From the NCBI RefSeq assembly GCF_046119375.1, contig NW_027362771.1, forward strand, positions 581,746,001 to 581,810,000: a stretch of DNA of 64,000 nucleotides, written 5' to 3'. A program made the translations under genes and the position numbers. The DNA is from Phyllobates terribilis. Taxonomy: Eukaryota. Under the pieces are notes generated by a model that was given only the letters and a program-made list of their open reading frames with translations, did not search any database and was not told the origin of the DNA. Positions 23,283 to 35,900 of this stretch are shown here, piece after piece; the first letter of the stretch is position 1, and each line of letters opens with the position of its first letter.

Positions 23283-24251
23283 CATCCTATACTCTCCTAA
23301 TCCAGGATCCTGACGAGCAAAGCTCCGGCAATCCAACGGGCTGTGATCGAATTCACAGGACATCAGAGTCCCGATGCGACTCTGAAGTCCTGTGCTTGCG
23401 CCTCCATTGCTTTTCTGTAGACCGCTGGCTTAAAGCAACCTGCCGTCTCCAGAACAGAGCGGTATTGCAGGTATCTGCCCCCCCCCGTAACTTTGCTACT
23501 GTAATTTGGTGCTAAAACAAAAATCATTTTTGCATATGTGTTTCATAAAAATGTTGCCCCATTTGGTTTTTACAAGCTTTGTTTCTGAGCATGTCCAACT
23601 CTGATGTGGTCTGTGGCCATTAATCAGCTGAGGAGCTCAGAAAATGACAGATTAGAGTTGAACTACTCGACAGCTCCTCATAGTGAGCTCAATGACTGTT
23701 CCTCAGTTAACTCCTTAAATAGTGCAACCAGAAGCTATAGGAGGTAAAAAGTGCAATATTTTTAATGAAACCCAATTAGAAAAAATTACTTTTTAGCCCT
23801 TGAATTACATATGTTTAAGTAAAAAAAAGGAGAGGGGTGGTTGAAGGACAAATAAAAGTGGAAAGTCTTTAAAGGAAATGTGCCAGACAATTTTTTTTTT
23901 TTATTTCAACAATTTAAACATTTTTTTAAAGTATTAAAATATTTATTTTGAAAACCTAAAACATTATTTTGTTCTATAAAATATGAAAAATTTAAAGTTT
24001 GATATTTTCTTATATTGAACTCTTTTTGTAGCCACTGCTGACATTTGCCATGAAAACCTAGCGTACTGCTAGATCACTTTATGACTGCAGTAAAAGTGGG
24101 CGGGATCTGCTCTTGCATGACGTCGCTCCTCTCCTCCCCTTCTGGGTGTTTGTAAAAGGATAAGGGAAGATGAAGTTTAGGATTAAGCATTATAAGGCTG
24201 CAGTGCCAGAGATCAGGGGGCAGTAATCTTACAATCTACATATAATGCAGA

Positions 24252-25514
24252 TGTAGCGCCCCGAGGGTTCGGCCGCTACAGGGGTATTACAATCTGCCAG
24301 AGGTGTGGTATTCCACTCCCGGGTAAGGATGGAGTATGGACCAGGGCTCAGTTAGCTGCATACAGCACACACACCCCATTTCCGAGGAACAGCTCAACGG
24401 TGCTCCCACTAGACAGAAGTGCAGGCACGATAGACCATGTCTCTGGCTGGAGTGGGGAGGGGGGAGGAAAGCCCAGTGATGTAGGAGCAGAAGGGGTTGG
24501 TTCCTGAGCGTAGGAAGGAGCTCATTGGGTGCTGGTCACCTGAGCTCATGCTCAGAGGGGAGATATAAAAGGTGGGCACCATCTTAGGAGTGTGTTCAGT
24601 CAGTGAGAGGAGAAGACAGGGAGCAGAGGCTCTGTAGGAGCTCCGCTCATAGGCAGGCCTAGGGAGAAGGAGAAGTAGGCCTGGAGAAGAGGCCGAGGGA
24701 AGGAGGAGAAGAAGGAACAGGAAAGGAGGAGAAGTGACAGAGAAACAGAAGGGCTCAGGAACAAGAAGGAAGAAGGGACCCTAAGGACCCAGGAAATTAC
24801 GGGTGACGGGTCAGGCAAGAAAAGGGTACCGGATCCCAAATTGGTGGAGGTAAATTATCCCTCAGCCAAGAACCGGAGGTCGTGATAATCACTTGGTGCG
24901 ACCCCCTGATAAACCTTGCTAGGAAGGCACCATATAGGATAGCGGGAAATGGGGCCCACGTTTAACCGCATAGATCCGTGGCTGCTGGACAAAAGCTTGG
25001 TCACTGGTGGGGCACGAGCCAGAGGAAGGATAGAAGGGGGTCCTGTGCCATACTCCGGAATTGCCTGGGGGTTGACCGAGCCCCTCACCTGGTGGACGCA
25101 GCACGGCTTGGGCAGTCACTACCTGTACAGAAGTGGCTTGGAGTATACGAACTGTGAGTAAAAGACCCTGGACTGCAACACGTTGTCTTTGTGCTTCTTA
25201 CTTCGCCAGCACTAACGGTACTGGGACTCCCTGCACCATCACCCCCTCCATCTACTACATTGCCCTGAGGCTACACTCTTCCCATGGGGAGTTATACTAC
25301 CTCAGCTGCACACACCATCAGCCTCAGGGGACTGCCTTGCAGCGGCGGTTCATGATAGCCGCAATCCACGGGTGGCGTAGTCGGACATTGCAAAGCACAT
25401 AGTAGACTACCACTGGTCTGACCACCCTGAGCCACGGGACCGGGTCGCCACTACTACTCCCAGCATTGCCCTGAAGCCCGGTTCCGAGTGCCCCAAGGCC
25501 CAGGGGGCGAGTCA
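24252..25514 (+). mobile_element. Solo LTR, 1263 bp (Gypsy/ERV-type)
   Basis: TG...CA ends (TGTAGCGCCCC / GGGGGCGAGTCA), 4-bp TSD CAGA (24248-24251, 25515-25518), TATAAAA near 24564. Related to 55176-56431. Confidence 0.8.
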
Positions 25515-26947
25515 CAGACTACAGTCATATCTGGCTTTACTGAGCTTGCACTGATCTTGAGTTATGTCTCCAGTCACATCCAGAGCTGCATTAACACTTC
25601 TGCTGACCTTCAACATTACAAGGGCCTTTGTTATCAAAATGAGAAGGTCCAGACTGTTGGCTGTCCTCTGTCTATGGATGTGACTTACACATTTACACGA
25701 TGTCCCTGTTAAAGGGGGTCTTCCGTGGTCAAAATGCTGATCGCCTGTACTTGGTGTAGATCATCAATATTGGATCAGTGGCTCATCTGTAGCTACATCA
25801 GTCCCTCAGCTGTTTGAAGGGTCCAGAGTTAGTGCGAGTGCTGCAGTTTCTTCAGGATTGGGCAGTCTTGGGCACTGCTGCGATATCCCATTGGAGTCAA
25901 TGGGACCATTGATATTCTAAACCTAGAAAACTCCTTTTAAATGGGGTCACTCCATAAACTAAACTATTTTGACCTTAAAATGGAGGACTTTGTTTTGTTT
26001 AAAAAAAAAAAAAATTTTAGTATGTGTTTTAGAGAAAATTTTTTTTTATTACATGTGTAGTTAAGTGGGCTTTGGTGCACTCTTGGTGTGACCAATGGCT
26101 CAGTGCACCACTCTACTCCCTCAATTGCACTACTCTGCCCCGTCTATAACGACAGTGCTCTCTTTAGAGCATTGTCTGCTCTAACTCGCCAGCCCTACAC
26201 ACACTGACAATGGAGCAGCGGAGTGCCTGCATACACGGTGTCAGTGTGCACAGGGGCAGGATTATGAAGCAGCCGTTGGCTAATGCAGACAGGAGAGGCA
26301 TGAGAATGTGCACGGTGTCATTTTAGGCAAGCGCTCATCTCCCTCACCTCTGTAGCGTGGCCTCAAGCTGCTGTGTGATCCTGTGTAACAAGCGGCCGCT
26401 ATACACAGGAGGGGGATGACAATTTACCTACACAGTGTCAGTGCGCACATACTCATCTCCCTTTTCCTGCTTTGTGATCCTGTGTGCAGCCACTATACAC
26501 AGGAGGAGGATGAAGAGCCGGTCTCTGCACACTGACACTGTGTATACAGGTGATCGGAGGCTTCAGTGTCACTTTGTGGAGGCCTGGTGACTTGGATCAG
26601 GCAGCACTCCCACAGAGCGCTAACCATCACAATTAGGAGCGAAGTTACATAATTGAGGGGCAAAACGGCTGAGCGCTTGGCCACAACGAGGGTGCACCAA
26701 ATCCCTTTAATAAATATGTAATGGATCTTTTTCTCAAGTGCACTTGCTACAAATACAATACATGTATGATGTATTTTTTTTTTTATAGGGGCTAAGTCAC
26801 CTATATGAAGGTCTAAATAGTACAGTTTGGGAGGGGTGGCTAGAAACTCCATTTACATGCACACCATCCATCATTTGTTTCCTTGTGACCTTTCCTAAAG
26901 AAGTGTTAAAATGATTGCTAATTGGTTGTCAATGGTGCTGCAAAAAA

Positions 26948-27848
26948 TGTTAGTGGTGTAAGGAGATAGGCATTAACTGTGTACTTGTCTAACAGTGTGT
27001 CTGCAAGCGAACACTGCCATCTGCTGGTCAAAGATGATCAAGAGAAAGCTGGAAGAATTGCATTTTCAGGAACTCAAGAGGGAAGTGCATGTTCCCTCGG
27101 GGAAGAGATTGAAGAAGGCACCAGGTCAGGTGATAGCTGTGGTGCAGTTAGTAATTATAAAAGGCCCAGGAGCGCAGTCAAGGAGAGGAGTTGGCGCCTG
27201 AACCTGTGGCAGGATAGATATGTGGTACAGCAAGCTTGCTTATAGCCGCCATTACGAGACCATATCCGAGTAAAGGAGCTGAGTTGAGCAAGCAGAGCCA
27301 GGGAAGAGAGAGAGAGACGACCAGACCACAGCGGAGGGACGTTCGTGTGAGACGTCGTGTTGAGTGTAGACGTGTGGTACAAAGTGGGGACCGGGGCCGT
27401 GCTTCAGGGACTGAAGGTGGCAAGTGTGACAAGTGTACTGAGCAGCTCGCCAATCTGGGACTTGCGACCTAGCGGGTAGCATCATTGACTCCCGTGAGGG
27501 CCTGTGTGATGTTTTGTGTTGCCTAGATAGTGACTATGGTGACGGGCCCAGTAGTGACAGTGACGCCCTTTAGGTTGGGGTATTAGAACGAAGACATCAC
27601 TGATGATAACAGATGGTAATAATAGAATGATAGTGTGTAAATAGCATTGTGTCAATATCTTGTTCTTCTGAATTACTGTATTCTTCTTGTAAAATAACTC
27701 ATTTTATTTTCAGTGTTAGCGCTATCCCCTGATATTGTGCCAAAGGCACCCGTTTGATTGTGTTAATTGAATAAATAGTTGTTGGTTTAAGTACCACAGT
27801 CTCCTCATTGTCTGCACTGTTGCATCCGCGTACCTGTTAACACTAACA
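26948..27848 (+). mobile_element. Probable solo LTR (~900 bp), different family
   Basis: Inverted ends TGTTAGTG / CACTAACA, TATAAAA near 27157, AATAAA near 27770. The TSD is imperfect (AAAA/AAAT). Confidence 0.5.
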
Positions 27849-27857
27849 AAATATATA

Positions 27858-29330
27858 CAGTGGTGTGAAAAAGTGTTTGCCCCCTTCCTGATTTCTTATA
27901 CTTTTCCATGTTTGTCGCACTTAAATGTTTTAGGTCACAAAACAAATTTAAATATAAGACAAAGAAACACAAGTAATCACAAAATGCAGTTTTTACATAA
28001 AGGTCTTTATTATTTAGGGAAAAGGAAATCCAAACCTACAGGGCCCTGTGTGAAAAAGTGATTGCCCCCTAAACCTAATAACTGGTTGTGCCCTTGGCAA
28101 CAACAACTGCAATCAAGCAACTAAACAAAGGGAAATCAGAGGGCACTCCACAACACTATATCAATCCTACAAAGACACTGGAGCAGTAAGCCATAATTTA
28201 AAAATAATTTTTATTTCATCAAATAGACTTATATATATAATTTAAAAAAATGGAGTAAAAGATGAGTATACAAGCAACAGCCGTGCACTAACAGATCAGC
28301 TGTGGGAGGTAAATCATGTATCAGCTAAGTAGCTACCTCGTCTCTTCCATAGGAATCTATGACAATCACTCAAAAAATGTGTACAAAGATCCCCCCCCCC
28401 CTGTAAATCAAAGTCTAACATCAGGTGGATGACAGCATGTTTCCACAGTAAAAAATAAAACATGCAAAAGAAGTTCAGGTTGTGTACATGAATAAACAAG
28501 ATATAATAAATGCTTAAGGTATTAGGCTGACCCACTAAAGAGAGGTGTCAAGTATCCAACCAAATGTTTAATATCCCAATGATATCCATATCATATTTGA
28601 CATATTATGGGAAGTATAATACACCAGCAGGGTCAGCAGAACAGGTGGATAGAGAGTGATAGGGAGATCATACCAATCTGGAAGTGCACCTAGGACCACC
28701 CCTAGGGGGGTATGTTCTCCCTATCACTCTGGGGCAAAACAGGCCCAGACCATCACACTACCACCACCATATTTTACTGTTTGTATGATGTTCCATTTCT
28801 GAAATACTGTGTTACTTCTACGCCAGATGTAATGGGACACCTTGCAAAAAGTTCAACTTTTGTCTCGTCAATCCACAGAGTATTCTCCCAAAAGTCTTAA
28901 TGATCATCAAGATGTTTTCTGGCAAAACTGAGTCAAGCCTTTAAGTTCTTTTCGCTCAACAGTGATTTTAATTTTGGATCCGCAGCATGATGTCTAGCTT
29001 TTGAAGATCTTTTAGTCTACTTCACTTTGTCAGGCAGGTCCTATTTAAGTGATTTCTTGATTGAGAACAGATGTGGCAGTAATCAGGCCTGTGTGTGGCT
29101 AGGGAAGTTGAACTCAGATTCCCAAAGATGTGATAAACCACAGTTAATTTATGTTTTAAGGGATGAGGGAGGGGGCAATCACTTTTTCACACAGGGCCCT
29201 GTAGGTTTAGATTAAATAATAAAGATCTTCATTTAAAAACTGCATTTTGTGATTACTTGTGTTTCTTTGTCTAATATTTAAATTTGTTTTGTGACCTGAA
29301 ACATTTGAGTGTGAGAAACATACAAAATAA
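27858..29330 (-). mobile_element. Internally deleted Frog Prince-like Tc1 element carrying an unrelated ~590-bp insert (~28123-28710)
   Basis: TA + CAGTGGTGTGAAAAAGTGTTTGCCCCC TIR. Minus-strand transposase fragments (GGGSVMVWACF-like at ~28740-28770). The second IR lacks its outermost bases. Confidence 0.8.
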
Positions 29331-30369
29331 TAATGTCTGTGATAGAAGCTGCTTTCTGTTGTGTGAGTTTGCCCCTTAGGCTTCGGCCCCACTATCGGTA
29401 TTTGGTCAGTAATCGGCAAATAGCCTGACAGGACACTAAATATGTTCATGTTATGTGCCCACGATGCAGAAATGCTGCGGATTTTTCCTGAGCGTTTCTG
29501 CATCTCCCTGGCAGAAAAAACTCATGCGGATTGTACATGGGGATTATCATTGGGGAACATGGCAGGCCTTCTACCAAGCGTTTTTTAAGCGTTTATGTGG
29601 TGGAATTGCCATGGCGGAAACACTTAAAAAACGCATCGTGGGCACACAGCCTAATCGTAACGACCCGCACAACACAGCGAGCAGCTTATTTATGGGGATC
29701 GGTAAATGACATAAAAAAAATGGCGTGATTTGATATTTTTTCTCTATTAAAAACATAAAAAATGTAATAATAAAACAGTAATGCTGAGGCCGTGTTCACA
29801 CATAGCGTAAATGCTGCGTTCTTTCTGCTGCTTTTTTTCTGTCTACACCACATGGCGCAATAACAATAACAATATTTTCTGGCGTGTTTGCTGCGTTTCT
29901 TTTATGCGTTTTCCCCTCATTTGATGCGATTTCGGTGCAGATATGGAGCAGAGTTTTTAACACTTTTTTAATAGTACAGAAAAGCTTTGATTCTGCGCTT
30001 AAAAATGAAACGGCGTTGTTTTTCTTCATGCGTTTTTTTCGGAAGAAGCCTATAGAGAGAAAAAGCACCAAAACCGCAGAGTTCAGCAGCGTCTTTGGAT
30101 CACATGGGGCAGAGATTTCATGGAATCACGTTCACTGTACTTTAAAATTTAGATCTTTGTTCACATGTAGTATAAGGCTCCGTGCCCACTATGCGTTTTT
30201 GCTGCGGAATTTACACAGCGAAAACACTTAACGCTTGGTAATACGTGCCCCATGGTCCCCAATGATAATCCGCATGTGCTGTGCTTACTCATAGAGAACA
30301 CAGGAGCGCTCGGCCGATAGAGCTCTCCTGTGTTCGGGGGAGCTGGCTGAGCTGGCTGTTGGCCGAACA

Positions 30370-30880
30370 ATCAGTAATGTATATAGCCAGCTTAAGGATC
30401 TGAGCAACTGTGACCAGGGCCACATTGTGATGGTGAGATGATTGGGTTGGAGAATCTCCAAAATGGCGGAACTTGTGTGTTCTTGGTACATAATGTCTGA
30501 TACCAGAAATCAGAGTATTGGATCCTTTTGCATATGGCACCATGGAGCCTTAGACTGGGCATGGGGGCCATGATGACTCTGTCCACCATCTACAATGGGC
30601 TCATGATCATCAGACTATGGAGCAATGTAAGAAGGTCCGGGTGCACCATGAGGACAACCGGGTGCACGTGCGTCACTTATCTGGGGTAGGTATGGCACTA
30701 TAGAAAGCAGATGAGCCGGTGGAGGAGGCAAAGGGATGGAGCAAAGTTCTACTGGGAAACCTCAGGTCTTGGTATCATGCGGACATGTCACTTACCTAAC
30801 ATTGTACAGACCCTGTGCCCCCTTCATGGCAGTCATATTCCCTGATGGCAGTGCCCTGTTTCGTATTATGCAGGTGGCTG
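30370..30880 (+). mobile_element. Highly decayed Tc1-type transposase fragments
   Basis: LSNCDQGHIVMVR.LGWRISKMAELV (HTH-like start) and PFMAVIFPDGSALF near 30825-30865. Confidence 0.5.
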
Positions 30881-32842
30881 ATCAGGAGAACTTGATGCTT
30901 ATGACTCCATCCAAATGAAAAACATGGATGAGAATTGTAGCTTTGTGTAAATATTCTGCAGCATTGTATCTACACTCAGAAGAAAAGGCAGCGGCGGCGT
31001 ACAATGATGGAGAACAGCCCAGGTATGGCAGTGCCAACCTCCCATTACACACCCCTCAACGAATACGTACTTTGGAAGTAACCATGCCAGTCTACTGCCC
31101 ATGCACATACCCATACAAAGCCTCCTTGCAAGGCGCTCTGCCCCACCCTGACCTGCATACACATCGCAGGTACACGGTGGGCAATGCCACTGCCAACATC
31201 TCCCCCCACCATCCCCGTTTTCATTTCTGAAGATGCTTCGGGGAGTCCTGACAGCCATTAAATATTTACCGAACCAAATGGAAGTTTTGGCAGGATCGCA
31301 GAGAGCACTCTTCCCCTCTAACTCCATCGAGGCAGAGAGCCCGCAGAGCGTCGCTAAGCTGGGACGTAGTGAGCCAGAGAAGATTAACCCTTTCATGGGC
31401 AGCACATGCAAACACGCCTCCTTCTTAGTACTTAGTCTATGACCTTCTTGTCCGCCACATAAGAAAAAAGGTTCATCCAAATCCCCGATGTAGGAAAATA
31501 ACAATTTAATTCCTATTATGGGTAAGAAGTTAGAAAAAAAAATTACAAAAAAATCTAGAGAAAATGTAAAAATTTAGAAATTTGCACCATTTTTTTTTTC
31601 TTCAAACCTGATTTTTTTTTTTCTTCTCTGCTTTATCTGGAGTAATTAGTCTTTCCCATTGGGCGCAGATCATTTGCATAAATTGTCTCTGTCTCTATAT
31701 ATAATTATTCTGCGCGCTGCTCCTAATCCCAGATGTCTATTATGGGATCATGTATGACAGATAACAGAGACATGTGGGTACGGGAAGGACGGGGCATGGA
31801 GGAGACCGGCAGAAAATGATGGAATTGGGGATGAGCAAGGGATGAAGGCAGGTGTTGGAAATGGCTTTCCAGGGCGATACATTTAGTAAGTGACGATGGA
31901 AGGAAATTGGTGTTGTTCTGCTTGTAGGAAGTAATCTGCGTCGTGCCACCTGCCTTCTTGTGAATACCCTCCCGAGAGGCTGGCTGGTGGCTTGACATTT
32001 GCAGCTGGTACAATACAGGTGCCAGGTCTTTTTTGGGGGTGAGAGGGTTAAGTGCTGGCTCCGTAATAACCACTTTTGTGGAAATAGGGAAGGAGAAAAG
32101 AAAAGTGGGGGAGGGAGGGTGGGTGCAGGTGGCATGAAGGCTGGCATGAAGGCAGTGAATAGGGAATGCCAACACCATCTGTTAGAAATAGCGCATCTGG
32201 GTCTTGCTGTGCCCCCGTCACCCTGCCTTACAATTAGGAGCCTGGCATCTCTATTATGGCGGAAAGAGGGGAACCCTGACGCAGACACTGGCGCAGACTC
32301 GGAGGAGCAATGCACAGAGAATGTGCCAGACTTATTACCGTGCGCAGAGCAGTGTGCTTTCCATGCCAAACATATCACCTTGTGCAGAGCAAGATGCTCT
32401 GCTCGCTAATGTTATCACTTTGTGAAGACTTGTTATGTAACTCTGTGCCAGGCTTTGTGCGCAGAGCGGAGCACGGGCCATAGAGGGGTCCCACTATCTC
32501 CAGAATTGAACATGGGGCAGCAGCTGCGGGGGCACTGGCTGACTGGTGTGTCACCTTTACCAGGAACACAGCACTTTGTGGAAGTTAATGAGATTGGCAG
32601 GCTGGTCAGCGAGCACTGCACAAGGTAATGCGTTTGGCAGAACGTTACCTCTGCATCATTTGCAAACCATATTACCTTATGCAAGGCCTTGTGTGCCTGC
32701 TATGTGCCAGCTTTGTGCAAAGTATGCCAGCCATGTCTGAAATGTTGTGTGCACAATGTGCCATCTCAACAGACACAGAATGAGACCAGTCAAATCAATT
32801 CTAATGCCCCTGCACTTCATAGTGTTGTCCACTGTGTGTCAG

Positions 32843-32906
<64 letters not shown>
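32843..32906. repeat. (TATC)16 microsatellite
   Basis: Direct reading. Confidence 0.97.
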
Positions 32907-32908
<2 letters not shown>

Positions 32909-32926
32909 ACAGAATTATAAAGAAAA

Positions 32927-35900
32927 TCAGGAGCCAGGGTAATAAGAGGCTCAGGAGCGGGATTACTGTAATAAAAGGTTACCAGAGTAATAAGAGGATC
33001 AGAAGCCGGGTTACTGTAATAAGAGGTTACAGGGTAATAAGAGGATCAGGAGCCGGGTTACTGTAATAAGAAGCTCAGGAGCTGGGTTCCTGTAATAAGA
33101 GGTTACAGGGGTAATAAGAGGATCAGGAGCCGGGTTACTGTAATAAGAAGCTCAGGAGCCAGGTTACTGTAATAAGAGGTTACAGGGGTAATAAGAGGAT
33201 CAGGAGCCGGGTTCCTGTAATAAGAGGTTACAGGGGTAATAAGAGGATCAGGAGCCAGGTTACTGTAATAAGAGGTTACAGGGTAATAAGAGCATCAGGA
33301 GCCGGGTTACTGTAATAAGAGGTTACAGGGATAATAAGAGGATCAGGAGCTGGTTTACTGTAATAAGAAGCTCAGGAGCTGGGTTCCTGTAATAAGAGGT
33401 TACAGGGCTAATAAGAGGTTCAGGAGCCAGGTTACTGTAATAAAAGAGGTAACAGGGTAATAAGAGGCTCAGGAGCCGGGTTACTGTAATGAGAGGTTAC
33501 AGGGGTAATAAGAGGATCAGGAGCTTGGTTACTGTAATAAAGGGTTACCGGAGTGAAAAGAAGATCAGGAGCTGGGTTACTGTAATAAAAAGTTACAGGG
33601 GTAATAAGAGGTTACAGGGGCAATGAGAGGATCAGGAGCTGGGTTACTGTAATAAAAGGTTACAGAGTAATAAGAGAATCAGGAGCGGGTTACTGTAATA
33701 AGTGGTTGCAGGGGTAATAAGAGGTTACAGGGGCAATGAGAGAATCAGGATCCGGGTTACTGTAATAAGAGACTACAAGGGTAATAAGAGGATCAGGAGC
33801 TTGGTTACTGTAATAAAGGGTTACCAGAGTGAAAAGAGGATCAGGAGCCGGGTTACTGTAATAAGAGGATCAGGAGTCGGGTTACTGTAATAAAAGGTTA
33901 CAGGGGCAATGAGAGGATAAGGAGCTCGGTTACTGTAATAACATGTTACAGGTATAATGAGAGAATCGGGAGCCAGGTTACTGTAATAAGAGGATAAAGG
34001 AGTAATAAGAGGATCAGGAGCAGGGTTACTGTAATTAGAGGTTACAGGGTAATAAGAGGATCAGAAGCCGGGTTGCTGTAATAAGAGGTTACAGGGGTAA
34101 TAAGAGAATCAGGAGCCGGGTTACTGTACTAAGAGTCTCAGGGGTCAGGTTACTGTACTAAGAGGTTACAGGGTAATAAAAGGATCAGGAGCCAGGTTAC
34201 TGTAATAAGAGGTTACAGGATAATAAAAGGATCAGGAGCCGGGTTACTGTAATAAGAGGTTACAGGGGTAATAAGAGGATCAGGAACTGGGTTACTGTAA
34301 TAAGAGAATCCAGAGACGGGTTCCTGTAATAAGAGGGTTAGGAACCGGGTTACTGTAATAAGAGGATCAGGAGCCTGATTACTGTAATAAGAGGTTACAG
34401 GGGAATGAGAGGATCAGGACCCGGGTTAATGTAATAAGAGGATCCAGAGTCGGGTTCCTGTAATAAGAAGATTAGGAGCGGGTTACTGTAATAAGAGGCT
34501 CAGGAGCCGGATTACTGTAATAAGAGGTTACAGGGCTAATAAGGGGTTCAGGAGCTGGGCTACTGTAATAAAAGAGGTAACAGGGTAATAAGAGGCTCAG
34601 GAGCCGGGTTACTGTAATGAGAGGCTACAGGGGTAATAAGAGGATCAGGAGCTTGGTTACTGTAATAATATGTTACAGGCGTAATGAGAGAATTAGGAGC
34701 CAGGTTACTGTAATAAGAGGATAAAGGAGTAAAAAGAGGATCAGGAGCAGGGTTACTGTAATTAGAGGTTACAGGGTAATAAGAGGATCAGGAGCCGGGT
34801 TACTGTAATAAGAAGCTCAGGAGCTGGGTTCCTGTAATAAGAGGTTACAGGGGTAATAAGAGGATCAGGAGCCGGGTTACTGTAATAAGAAGCTCAGGAG
34901 CCAGGTTACTGTAATAAGAGGTTACAGGGGTAATAAGAGGATCAGGAGCCGGGTTCCTGTAATAAGAGGTTACAGGGGTAATAAGAGGATCAGGAGCCAG
35001 GTTACTGTAATAAGAGGTTACAGGGTAATAAGAGCATCAGGAGCCGGGTTACTGTAATAAGAGGTTACAGGGATAATAAGAGGATCAGGAGCTGGTTTAC
35101 TGTAATAAGAAGCTCAGGAGCTGGGTTCCTGTAATAAGAGGTTACAGGGCTAATAAGAGGTTCAGGAGCCAGGTTACTGTAATAAAAGAGGTAACAGGGT
35201 AATAAGAGGCTCAGGAGCCGGGTTACTGTAATGAGAGGTTACAGGGGTAATAAGAGGATCAGGAGCTTGGTTACTGTAATAAAGGGTTACCGGAGTGAAA
35301 AGAAGATCAGGAGCTGGGTTACTGTAATAAAAAGTTACAGGGGTAATAAGAGGTTACAGGGGCAATGAGAGGATCAGGAGCTGGGTTACTGTAATAAAAG
35401 GTTACAGAGTAATAAGAGAATCAGGAGCGGGTTACTGTAATAAGTGGTTGCAGGGGTAATAAGAGGTTACAGGGGCAATGAGAGAATCAGGATCCGGGTT
35501 ACTGTAATAAGAGACTACAAGGGTAATAAGAGGATCAGGAGCTTGGTTACTGTAATAAAGGGTTACCAGAGTGAAAAGAGGATCAGGAGCCGGGTTACTG
35601 TAATAAGAGGATCAGGAGTCGGGTTACTGTAATAAAAGGTTACAGGGGCAATGAGAGGATAAGGAGCTCGGTTACTGTAATAACATGTTACAGGTATAAT
35701 GAGAGAATCGGGAGCCAGGTTACTGTAATAAGAGGATAAAGGAGTAATAAGAGGATCAGGAGCAGGGTTACTGTAATTAGAGGTTACAGGGTAATAAGAG
35801 GATCAGAAGCCGGGTTGCTGTAATAAGAGGTTACAGGGGTAATAAGAGAATCAGGAGCCGGGTTACTGTACTAAGAGTCTCAGGGGTCAGGTTACTGTAC

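Larger units (their letters stand above)
21188..23501. mobile_element. Non-autonomous hAT-type shell containing a minisatellite
   Basis: Starts CAGAGGCGTAGCTA and ends TAACTTTGCTACTG (degenerate TIR). Flanks TATTTGGT / TAATTTGGT look like an 8-bp TSD with one indel. Confidence 0.55.

Noticed and set aside
28420-28490. Minus-strand hammerhead near GCATGTTTC
   Set aside because: GAAAC is present, but there is no CUGANGA box or stem II at a suitable distance.
30928-31504. Possible coding exon (KKRQRRR basic stretch, 100-201-aa ORFs)
   Set aside because: The basic stretch hits a stop after about 35 codons, there is no recognisable domain, and no consistent splice sites were found.
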